In this document: positions 8,210 to 17,958 of the stretch, one piece after another
How the letters are laid out: each line of letters begins with the position of its first letter
Position numbering within the stretch: position 1 is the stretch's first letter
Source of the DNA: Schizochytrium sp. TIO01
Taxonomy: Eukaryota; Protista; Bigyra: Labyrinthulomycetes
DNA length: 64,000 bases
Direction: 5' to 3'
Assembly: GCA_004764695.1 (NCBI GenBank)
Contig: SMSO01000032.1
Coordinates: 62,001-126,000, forward strand
Made by a program: the position numbers and the translations under genes
Notes under the pieces: generated by a model
The model's input: only the letters and a program-made list of their open reading frames with translations
The model's database searches: none
What the model was told of the DNA's origin: nothing

Positions 8210-11044
8210 TTACATGGGCTTTTGCAACACGCCAAGTTGGAACATAAGGTCTTGGGCCACAATATCAAGCTTGGCGTATGATACCTTGGAGGTGTTTGGG
8301 TTAGTCGAAACGAAAATGCGTCCATCAAACTTGCATGGCTTGGGTTCTTGCACAAGAGCGCCGCCATAGAATCCAGTAATTTCCCACTTGACCTCTAATA
8401 TTTTATCATTGAGGGCAACAGAGGATCGTGACGAAGTTGTTGATGAAGCATCGCTGCTCGAGCTGCTCACGCGGCGGTGTACCGGGACCTTTGTTCGCGG
8501 AGGAAAAGCCATCTCCTCGCGAACAACAGTTGCATTGATTGTAAACGTTGGGAACGCGCGGCGGAGACGTCGCAGGTAAGTGAGGCATGCCGGAATGCCC
8601 TTGTATTTGACACCCATATGTATATCGTCAAACATACATTTTGTATCAAGAATCTCTTCAGCTAAGCGCTCTCGTTCTGAGGCAAGCTCGGCTTGGAAGA
8701 GGCGAGCAAGGTTTGCAGCGTTCCGTCTCCTCAAAGCTGCAGCACGCGCCTCTTGTGCCTCACAAGCGCTCAGAGGGGTGCTCGGATGAGCATCAAGATT
8801 GAGCACTGACCCAGTACTGTCTGATCCACCAGGGTGATTTTCTGTTGAGTTAGCAAGAGATGTTTCGAGTCTCTTACCATTTCCAGAAGGCGCCGACTGC
8901 TGAGATGACGCCACGGACGCATCCTGTGACGCAGAGTGCATACCATTGCCCTGTTTTTGGTTACTGTTGTTGTTATTATCATCAATTTTGGTGGAAGTAG
9001 CTCCTTGAACCATTGCAGGACCACTGGCGGCGGGGTTGCCGTCAAGAGAGAGAGGAGGGATCGCCCCAGGTGAGTTTGCCGCATTGCTGTTGGTGGCCTC
9101 CAGGTTAGGTGGAGGTAATACGCCCTTCTTTGGCGACTTGAGCAAACCAAGCTGCCCGACCAAGCTCATCGCATCCCAGCTGATAATCATCTCCGTAATT
9201 AGTTCAGGTTTGGTAGGATCTGCAAAGCTAAACTCTACGATGACGTTAAAGGATACGGTGCGTGCCTTTTGCTCCTCTTTAGTGAGGAGGGGCTCTGGAG
9301 CGCCGCTCGGCGTCGAGGCCATCGAAGACATCGAGGGCGAGCCGTGACGCGGAGAGGAACCCCAGAAGCCAGACCCGTTACCGTTTTCCGATGTCCCTCC
9401 GGCTCCCGAGTTAGCTGCCCTCGAGAATGTGCCACGGCCACCAACCACCGAGGAAGGAAGCGAAAAGCCGTTCTCAGGAACGTTGATCGAGGTCGAGTTG
9501 AATCCGAAAGGCGTCGCTGGTGATTCCGTCCAGGCCCCACCCGAAGACGATGATGAGCCCTGGTCGCCCCCCTTCTTGCGCGGGCGAAGGCGGCCAATAT
9601 AAACACCTGAGAGACGCCAAGTGCCCGTGACTTTATCGTCCTGCTGGTCCGACACGATGGAGAGTTCCTCACCGTCGAAGGCGCGCAGAGCTTTCGTCTT
9701 CTCACAGGCCTGTGTGTCAAATGCTTTGGTAACAAACGACATATACCGCGTTACCTCGCGCACGCCTCGTTTATCCACGTTGTTATTTGCGTCAACCAGG
9801 ACCACTTCAGGATGCACACAAAGCTTGGCAATTTTCTCTCGAGCTCGTGAGCCCGCAATCGAGAAGAGATGAATCGCCAACGCGGCGCTGTTTTCCTGAA
9901 ATCGCTTGATCTGGTCCACGGCACTTGGGGAGCTAAGAATTTCGTCATTGATTTGGAGATCACATTTGGTGAGTAGTTTGCCCCACAGCTCGTCGAGAAT
10001 GTCTTTGCACGCCGGGTTACTGTGCACCCAGACAACGAACCTGGCAAACTGCTCTGGTTTGAGGATCGTTGTTAGTTCGTTCAGAGAATCCCCAACCTTT
10101 TTGTTGCGCCTGCACCTCTTGACGATGCTCTCCATCTTCTCGAAAGCGCAATCAAGCTCTGTGCGGAGTCTCTTCGCATACCTCACCCGCTTGTTGAACT
10201 CTTGCTGCTGCTCGGCCGTCAGCTCGAGCTCCGCCATAAGTTTCTTAGTAAGTAAGTCTGCCTCGGACCCTGGAGCTGACTCTACCGTCATCATTTGAAG
10301 GTATTGTTTAGTCAGCACTTCGGGTTCCACTAGTCTCTGCAATCTTCCTAGGATGAAACCAATCGCCTTTTGCCTGTCTCTTCCATGGTCTTGGTGTCTC
10401 TCCATGTAAACCTGCACCTTCCTCCTGAGTGCCATTTCGGCCTCTGATTTTGCCGCTCCAGCCCTTCGGGCTTTATTCGCATTTCCACTTCCGCTGCCCC
10501 CCGAGCTTCCGCCGATCTGCTCTTCTTCATGTGCCTTCTTCACAAGAGCCTGCATTTCCGCGATGAGCTCCTGTTCCTCGCCAAGGCCAACGCCTGCTGG
10601 GGCGCCCCCTGGCCCCCCGTGCTGATACCCAGAGAGCACGGAGGAGGTCGCGGAGGCACCACCGGCGGAGAGGCCAAGAGCAGCCTCAGACGCAGCGGCA
10701 GCGCCGAGCTGGAGTTCAAGGCGCAGCTTTGCATTCTCTTCAATGAGCTCGTCCACTCGCTCCTTGAGTTGCTGAGCGTGCTCTTTCTTGCGCTTGCGGC
10801 AGTTTCTGACAGCCTCGCGGTTCTTTTCACGCTGCGAGAGGGCCTTCTCGTTGGCTTCTTCGCCGCGACGACGGCTCCCGGAGCCGCCTTGGCCGCCACC
10901 TCCGACACCGGAGGCCGATCTGCCGCCGCCCACACTCGGTGGTGCCATGCTTGCGTAGCCCTGAGAGTGCCACGCCGCGACAGCCTCGTGCTGCGCTTGC
11001 TGCGCCTGCGCTGCCTGTCGCGCAGCCTTCGCGCGAGAGCTCAT
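8210..11044 (-). CDS. bZIP transcription factor with a central helical (DOG1-like) region and two C-terminal SnoaL/NTF2-like domains
   Basis: Basic region REKNREAVRNCRKRKK (N-x7-R) followed by the zipper LKERVDELIEENAKLRLEL. Central motif LTAEQQ...ILKPEQFARFVVWV. Two SnoaL-type units: HPEVVLVD..RGVREVTRYMSFVTKAF..WRLSG..ISWDAMSLVGQLG and DTKCMFDD..KGIPACLTYLRRLRRAFP..KWEITG..QDLMFQLG. Confidence 0.85.
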   Translation of the reverse strand: MSSRAKAARQAAQAQQAQHEAVAAWHSQGYASMAPPSVGGGRSASGVGGGGQGGSGSRRRGEEANEKALSQREKNREAVRNCRKRKKEHAQQLKERVDELIEENAKLRLELQLGAAAASEAALGLSAGGASATSSVLSGYQHGGPGGAPAGVGLGEEQELIAEMQALVKKAHEEEQIGGSSGGSGSGNANKARRAGAAKSEAEMALRRKVQVYMERHQDHGRDRQKAIGFILGRLQRLVEPEVLTKQYLQMMTVESAPGSEADLLTKKLMAELELTAEQQQEFNKRVRYAKRLRTELDCAFEKMESIVKRCRRNKKVGDSLNELTTILKPEQFARFVVWVHSNPACKDILDELWGKLLTKCDLQINDEILSSPSAVDQIKRFQENSAALAIHLFSIAGSRAREKIAKLCVHPEVVLVDANNNVDKRGVREVTRYMSFVTKAFDTQACEKTKALRAFDGEELSIVSDQQDDKVTGTWRLSGVYIGRLRPRKKGGDQGSSSSSGGAWTESPATPFGFNSTSINVPENGFSLPSSVVGGRGTFSRAANSGAGGTSENGNGSGFWGSSPRHGSPSMSSMASTPSGAPEPLLTKEEQKARTVSFNVIVEFSFADPTKPELITEMIISWDAMSLVGQLGLLKSPKKGVLPPPNLEATNSNAANSPGAIPPLSLDGNPAASGPAMVQGATSTKIDDNNNNSNQKQGNGMHSASQDASVASSQQSAPSGNGKRLETSLANSTENHPGGSDSTGSVLNLDAHPSTPLSACEAQEARAAALRRRNAANLARLFQAELASERERLAEEILDTKCMFDDIHMGVKYKGIPACLTYLRRLRRAFPTFTINATVVREEMAFPPRTKVPVHRRVSSSSSDASSTTSSRSSVALNDKILEVKWEITGFYGGALVQEPKPCKFDGRIFVSTNPNTSKVSYAKLDIVAQDLMFQLGVLQKPM

Positions 11045-13782
11045 GCCGCGCGATCGCCACTCTTGCTGCTGCCTGATTCGGACTTTGCTTTGGCTTGCTT
11101 TGATTTTCTTTCTCTTTCCTTTCTTTCGTTCTGAGTCCTTTGCTCAAGTCTTGATTGATTTCCTCGACAGCTAGTACTTAACTAGCGCTAACTAGGATGT
11201 ACTTTTCGATTGATTTCTCTTCTTCTCCTTCCTTGCTCTCCTTGACCTTCTCCTCTTTCCAGGCCAATCTTTGCCTCCTTCTTCCACTGTCTTCAACGTC
11301 TTGTTCCCCCTTGCTTCTGGTGGAGTTCGATCAGAGTATATTGTGAAGATTTGCTTTGAATCACCTTTGAGGCGGTCGATTTTTACAGAAACCGAAGTTG
11401 CTTTCTTCTTGTATTCGGGTGGGATTGCCTTGAATCCTTTGCTTCACTACGTCAAAAAGAGGTAGGATTATGCACGGGGTTTTAGATAAATGGTACCTCT
11501 TCGATCGATTTGGGCGACTTGGGTTTGGTAATCGGCCTTCCAATGAGCTGGATCGATTGAAGATTTCCGGTGATTTATAGGAGCGTGGCGAATCTGTGAA
11601 GACAAGAAATCAGCTCGGAGGACTCTTTCACAGGAATGCGGGAGTTTGCCTTCGAATGATGAACTATTTGGGCCTTGGACCAGACGTCTAATCTTTTTCT
11701 TGCAAACTTCCCAAGGTTTAGACTCAGCTCACGAACCCGAAATCCAACCACGTTTTCTGTACTAGTGTTCTTTTTTTTTTTACAAAACCCAAATCCAACC
11801 CAAATTCTAGGTCTCCTCACCACGGAATATTAAAAAAAAAGGTCTCCTCCGTGAACGCTACGCCTTCTTCGATGCGTTCGTTAACGCTCCGGTCTAAGCT
11901 CTGTTCGTAGTATCAGGGTCCCTTTCTCGACGAATGAGTCAATAAACGAATCGAAGTACGTAGGTATCACTAGTTATATCATATCATATACCGTTCCTAT
12001 TATTGGCCAAGCTTTTCAAGATTTTCTTTGTGCTCTCTCGATCTGTCCTTGCCGGCTTCGCTTATCTGCACCGCTGCCAGGCGCCGTTCCGGGGAGCCGC
12101 GCTCTCGCTTGTCTATGCGAGCGCCTTCCTGGCTGCCTGGCTTCCTGGTTGCCTCGCGTGCTGCCCGGCGCCCACCGACGAGCAGGATGAGCTCGAGGAA
12201 GAGAAGAAGAGCAATTGCTTTGGTTTTGCTTCTCTTTCTTTCTTGCCATACAGTTGATACTACCTAAACACTTGCTAGCACCCGCCTACCACAATCGCTA
12301 AGAGCACACACATAGCACTCCTTAGAGCACATTTAGCCTCTGGATACTCTAAAGGCTTGAAGAGTTTTACTCGTGAGATTGCATTTCATAGTCGGTGGCA
12401 TCGCTTCAAGACTGCATGACCGACAGGGCAGGGTCTAGATCCCTTCCTGGTGGATGGTTTTCTTATGGGAGATTGATGAGGCAGGGCCCTTTGAGATATC
12501 TACGTCGATTACAATGAGAGCCAACTTGCTCGTGAGTCGTCGAAAAGAACGCCAACAAGAACACTCCATTTTGCTGTGGCGTTTTAGTTGAGATAGCCAA
12601 CGTTTGGTGATCAAGACCAAGAACTCGAAGAATTCCACGAATCCGCATTTGCAAATGACTCCATTTAAGGGCCTCGGGGATGCCTATGCGTACGTAGCTC
12701 GGCGCGATCAAGATGTACGTTTTCCGGGTTCAGGACCACCTGATAGGAATTCGTTCTTGCACGTTGCAAAACATTGTATGACAACCAGTATCGCAACAAA
12801 AATTACAGCAGCCAGTTTGAGATCGCATAGCATAGCAACGCGAGTCGTGGCGAGGGAGCCTTCATCATCGATGATGCAAGCGATATTTCCCAATAATCGC
12901 ACGAAGCTGAGGCCTCCACTCGTGGCAGCGAGTGTACGAGCGGACAGATCGGCGGGTCTTTCAGGTACCACCGGCCATATCCAATTAGCTTTTGCTTTCA
13001 TCCCATTCGCTGTAATATTTTCGTGCCTAATTACCGCGCGCTCTCTTCGTTCTCCTATAAATTAGATTCCATGTTGTGATGTGATTTGCATTTCATTTCA
13101 TGGATATGAGTTTCATGAGGCTTTGGATGTTGGTTGCCTCAATCTTTGGCGAGAACTTCAGATCATCGTCAATTCAATCTTGTTCAATTACTTGATGACC
13201 AGTTCGATGTAGAACTGTAAAGTGGCTGGGTTATCCTCGCCGCCTCTTGGCAGACAGAGAGTACCTATATACATTATGACAAGAGCCACTCTGCGGGTAT
13301 TCATGCGAGGGGTATTTCCAAAGCATTTTCAGACTGCGACGCATTCAAACGCGATTGCTTTGGCAGAAAAGTACAATAGCTCCTCTTGCCTAATCAGTCT
13401 TGCGAAGTTCAGCCTCACGATGTTCAAGCTTTTCCTCATCTTTACGTTTGACTTTCGTAATCTTGCCCTACAAAGAGTACTTCTTCCTAAATAGTATCAA
13501 AACTCTCCTTTTAAATATCCTCATACTACTAAAGGAAGTAGTAACTCAGGTAGTACACACCCCATAAACTTGGGCTTCGTTCTCAACGTCTTTCTTAGTT
13601 TTGTACTAAAGCACATAGGAGGGCTCTTCTTGGGGCAGAAGCCCTTCATAGGTGGACTCCTTTTGCGGCTGACTTTTGCATACACCAATCGCTGTCCTCT
13701 AGCGCGTTCGAGATTTCGTGCAGGCCCTGTGTCGCACGAGTCTGGCTTTACACACTGTCAAGCGCATCCCTTTCGAAAAAAC

Positions 13783-14364
13783 ATGGCATCAGCACAGCAA
13801 CTCGCAGACTTTGGCGCCCTTACCGATCTCTTTGCCAAAGCGGAGGTTGAGGCGCAAAGTCGAGGTACATCGGGGGGAGACAAGAGTGCCGGGCTCATTG
13901 CAAAGCCTACCAAAGTGGTTAAGCTTGGTGAGCAAACGGCCATAGACGATGAGGAATCACAAAGAGTTGAAAAGGATGCACAAAACAATGATGATATCTG
14001 GACAGAAGGAGAGGTAGACACTCCCCACATGGCAGCCTTGAAAGCAACTGATGATGGTCGACCGCAACCAGATTACGATATTGTTTTTAAGCAGCGAGTG
14101 GGCTCCGAAAATGTGTACTTTGGTATGGGAGATGTAGACCCAAGCTCCAACAGCTGCTCAGAGATCGTCATCAAAATTAAGCTTCCGAATCAACAAATGA
14201 AAGATTTGGACCTTGATGTGCAGCGCCAATCATTAGTTCTCTCCTCTCCGGACTTCAGACTTGCCACCTATTTACCGTACCCCGTCGACCACGAGAGAGG
14301 CGCTGCTAAATGGGACTCTGCTACGCACACGCTTTCTGTAACTTTGCCTATTGTAGATGAGTGA
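13783..14364 (+). CDS. DNAAF6: Dynein axonemal assembly factor 6 (PIH1D3/Twister), CS domain
   Basis: Family-typical DIWTEGEV, DGRPQPDYDIVFKQRVGSENVYFGM, PSSNSCSEIVIKIKLP and LPYPVDHERGAAKWD..LSVTLPI. Start placed at the first in-frame ATG (13783); the ORF-track start at 13570 is TTG. Confidence 0.9.
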   Translation: MASAQQLADFGALTDLFAKAEVEAQSRGTSGGDKSAGLIAKPTKVVKLGEQTAIDDEESQRVEKDAQNNDDIWTEGEVDTPHMAALKATDDGRPQPDYDIVFKQRVGSENVYFGMGDVDPSSNSCSEIVIKIKLPNQQMKDLDLDVQRQSLVLSSPDFRLATYLPYPVDHERGAAKWDSATHTLSVTLPIVDE

Positions 14365-15172
14365 AAATGGTTTTACAAAGCAAGCCAACGCCCGTTCATT
14401 CCTGCAGCACATTATGGTCTCGGTTGCGTCAATTTTACAATCATAACACCAATTTTCAACACGAGATCGTAAACTTACATCTATTGACGGACATATTGAT
14501 TGTTCTTATACTCATGCCGCTATTCAGCAAGGTTCCACGAAGGCGTCTTTGCACTAGACACTTTGCCTAAAAAAATGGCAAGGGGAGAAGAAGATGTAAA
14601 GCAAATTTCTTCAATTTTCCAAAAAGTATATAACCAACAATTTTCAATATTGAAAGTTTCAGGAATTCACTCCTAGTGTGCTCGTGCAGAATAATTTCCA
14701 TAGCGTCATGAGGTAGACATCTTTATCTCACTCCTTTGATCATCAATTACCTTGGTCTATGTGTGCATCCTTTAGCACTTAGTTCTTACTTGTAAAACAA
14801 AATGGGCCAACACTAGAAATGCAAAATACTCGTACTTTAAAAATCTGATTATTTAGAATGACACCTTCGCGGCCTACGAAAGTGAAGCAGTGCACCACCC
14901 CTTGTTCGGTACACCAACTTTTTGTTTTTTCTCTTACGTTTTTATTTATTGTTCATAGCATACGTCAAGCTTTTTGGGGATAGCAGTATTATTCTCTCCA
15001 TCCACCTTTTTTTTTTTGAGAGAAAAAAAAAAGAAGTCAAATTTTATTTTTAACGGCTCTTCATATATTATTCATGCTACTAACTCAACAGTAGAGATCG
15101 TCGTAACAGCGAATACATGGGCTCGAGCTCTTGGGCAATCGATGCTCAGAGAAAAGTAAAAGTCGTGTGACA

Positions 15173-17170
15173 ATGGAGACTTTGCGAGATGTGTTTGAGG
15201 CCTCTTGTATCAGTGTTTCTGGTCGAATCTCATCCCGCGAGGAATGGGATTGCTTCGTTGAGCGGCTCTTGGCAACGGGTCTCATCGATGACGATAGTAC
15301 AGTTGCCTTGGACTCAGGGGAAAGTGACGAAGATTCGCCTCAGCAAGAAAACTCAAATGCACAGTCATCGACGGATGCGCACAGCCGTCGGCGTCGTATT
15401 CGTGAAATGCGATGCTCTGGACCGGGACGATTCGCAACCACGAGTGCTATTGAATGGTGCAACCATGTTTGGGCCCGAACGAGGCCCTTTGGGTCTCAAG
15501 TTGGGGATCTCACCTTTGAAGACTTTTGCAAATATCTGACGGACGATTTTCTTGGCAGCAGTGAGCAGCCAAGCCCTGTTATTGAGACACAGCGTTCCTT
15601 GGTGACAGCGCAGAAGCAGATCGCTACTCTGGAGCGAATCGTAAAGGAATGGGCCCCAGACACGATTCAGACTCGACAAATGCTAGAAATGACGGTGATA
15701 CTTCAGCAGGAGCTTGAAAAGACACGAGGTCCCGTAGAATCACTTGTACAACGAGCTCACGGTGCTCTCATCGCCCAGGCTACATCACCGCAGCGAAATG
15801 GACATAGACAGGATGCCTCCTCGTTCGCTTTCCAGACTATTCGGCGTGATGATCTTGAGCGTAGGTGTGCGTCTTGCCGCATCCGGGGCAGGGTCCAAGC
15901 CGTAGATAAGGATGGACGCCGGCGGGCCTCTCCACTTGTACTTTCGGATAAATTTGGTCACACTGGAGCAAATTCTTTGGAAACCAGCCTTGCAACAGAT
16001 CGTAACGGGACCATGGTTGAAGTTGTGTCGTTGCGTAGCATTGGCGCCTTGGATGTGGATGTCCGGTTTGCATTGAATTGCCACGCTGCTCACCGTGAAT
16101 TAATGCTGTCTTCTTACTTCCCCGCCTGGATGGGATACTCCAAGACGTCGGAATTATACTATGAATATCTTCCTAAAAGCATAAGCCTGGCATCCTTCCT
16201 AAACAGAGCAGGCCCTTTATTAGAGTCGCAACCCCTTTTTGCAAGTATTATTAGCCAGACTTTGGCAGCATTCTGTGACCTAGCTGAACAAAGTACCTTT
16301 AGAATCATGAAAAATCTCAGCCCGGAAAATATTTTTCTTCTAGATCACGGTACCAAAGTAATCCTTGGAAGGATTGCATGGGGCGACAAGGAAGTGTGCA
16401 AACCTCAGCTTACACAACGCGGGTTCCAGGCATTTGATACTTTTGCATGGCAGAGAACTCGAGAACGTGATTTACTTAGTGCTTTCGCTAGCATTGTGCA
16501 TGGTTGTCTTGGTATCGAGCGAACGATTAATACACAAAGCAGGGGCACTTTGAGCAGTTCCACCGCACAGGATGATACAATACCAGTCTTTCACCGCCTC
16601 CAGTGCACATCAGGAATTCGAGTGATTGCAAAAACTTTGTTTCGTCTGAGCCTTCCATCATCTGCGCCTGGAAAGGTCTGGCGATGCGTCAGAATGGTGG
16701 ATTCAGGAACCAATCTACATACCACGCAGGAGAAATTCTCGTCCCGATCTTTACGATCTCAAGTGGTGGCTCTTCATGATCCTGATGCGCTGGAGTTTTT
16801 TGCAAGCGGACCTGGACTTGTTCGAGTATTCTTGCAAGAGTTCGAATGGTGGCAAGACCCATCTGATCTCGGACGCAGCTCTGATAGTGGCTTTGCTGGG
16901 GCATCCCTGATGTGTAAAGTATCTGTTGTACCAGCTCCAATAACTTCTCATGAATCACAAATGGATGCTAGTTCCAGTCTTCATGCCCAAAAAGTTTCGA
17001 GAGAGCTGGCGACAGTGTTGTCAGCTTGTGTACACTCTGCACAGTCGGAACATGGACATATTACGCTCAGAGATCTTCAAGCTCGTGGTAATATCTTCAG
17101 TGTTGACTCATTAGACTTTGAGGCGATACAGGATGATTTCCAGATTCATTTGGGGGCGTCTTCACGTTAA
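15173..17170 (+). CDS. Protein-kinase-like (pseudokinase) protein with an N-terminal EF-hand-like/coiled-coil region and a chagasin (I42)-like insertion
   Basis: Kinase-fold remnants: hinge LYYEYLP, alphaE IISQTLAAFCDL, catalytic loop MKNLSPENIFL (HRD lost), no DFG, alphaF DLLSAFASIVHGCL. EF-like GRISSREEW and GDLTFEDFCKYL. First ATG is 15173; the track start at 15131 is TTG. Confidence 0.65.
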   Translation: METLRDVFEASCISVSGRISSREEWDCFVERLLATGLIDDDSTVALDSGESDEDSPQQENSNAQSSTDAHSRRRRIREMRCSGPGRFATTSAIEWCNHVWARTRPFGSQVGDLTFEDFCKYLTDDFLGSSEQPSPVIETQRSLVTAQKQIATLERIVKEWAPDTIQTRQMLEMTVILQQELEKTRGPVESLVQRAHGALIAQATSPQRNGHRQDASSFAFQTIRRDDLERRCASCRIRGRVQAVDKDGRRRASPLVLSDKFGHTGANSLETSLATDRNGTMVEVVSLRSIGALDVDVRFALNCHAAHRELMLSSYFPAWMGYSKTSELYYEYLPKSISLASFLNRAGPLLESQPLFASIISQTLAAFCDLAEQSTFRIMKNLSPENIFLLDHGTKVILGRIAWGDKEVCKPQLTQRGFQAFDTFAWQRTRERDLLSAFASIVHGCLGIERTINTQSRGTLSSSTAQDDTIPVFHRLQCTSGIRVIAKTLFRLSLPSSAPGKVWRCVRMVDSGTNLHTTQEKFSSRSLRSQVVALHDPDALEFFASGPGLVRVFLQEFEWWQDPSDLGRSSDSGFAGASLMCKVSVVPAPITSHESQMDASSSLHAQKVSRELATVLSACVHSAQSEHGHITLRDLQARGNIFSVDSLDFEAIQDDFQIHLGASSR

Positions 17171-17958
17171 CTTTTCATTTTTAATAGATGAGTATGATTT
17201 AATTTGTTTTCTTTATCTAGATGGTAATTTGTAGATTGCATATCGTGAACGAGAAAATGAACGGTTCATCTGCTTATTCTGAACAGTCAGAAGTTTTGAT
17301 TTGCAATTGTTGTAAGATAGAGATTGATATGTTTTGACAGTCTTCTATGGGTAACGAACAGAGAGAAAAAATACCTACTACTAGTATATACAATTTATAC
17401 AAGGACAAGCCAGTGTTGACAACATGAATGGTTAAACCTTACCGAACGAAGTTTTCCCTCTGTATGACGGAGGTAGTAGTAATAATAAGAGCCATTTTTC
17501 TTTAAAGTTTAATATAGACTAACTACCTACTACTCTTAAAATGCATCACCGCCCGATAATGAAGACGAAGTAATTTAAGAGTGCGAGTGATCATTTGCAG
17601 GAAAAGACTGTCCTTGGCTCTTGTTTCGCATTTGCAGCTATTGTACCATGGTACTGTATGTTCCCCGCTGCAAGTAAGTGAGACTCACAGGTAGTTTATA
17701 CATAGTTGTAGTACCATTAAAAAAAATATCATTTCCGATCTCGCTCTTTGTATTCGTTCAGGACTTGCTCCCTCTAGGTCACCAAAACACAAAATGCCTG
17801 TTGCGTGTTAACAGGCATTTCATTTGAGACTGATAGCTGTGCTCATTTAATGAAGCTGAAAGTTAGGACCAGAAGGCATTACAAAGGAGACTTCAGGAAC
17901 AATACATCGTCAAAGGTGAAACGTAAAGAGAAAAAAGGGGGAAACAGAACGGAGAAGA

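Noticed and set aside
12016-12249. Possible uORF regulating the bZIP (ATF4/GCN4-style)
   Set aside because: It lies about 1 kb upstream and the TSS is unknown, so it cannot be supported from sequence alone.
13570-13782. N-terminal extensions from the ORF track (also at 15131, 22914 and 35831)
   Set aside because: They begin at non-ATG codons; in a eukaryote the first in-frame ATG is preferred and fits the homologous start.
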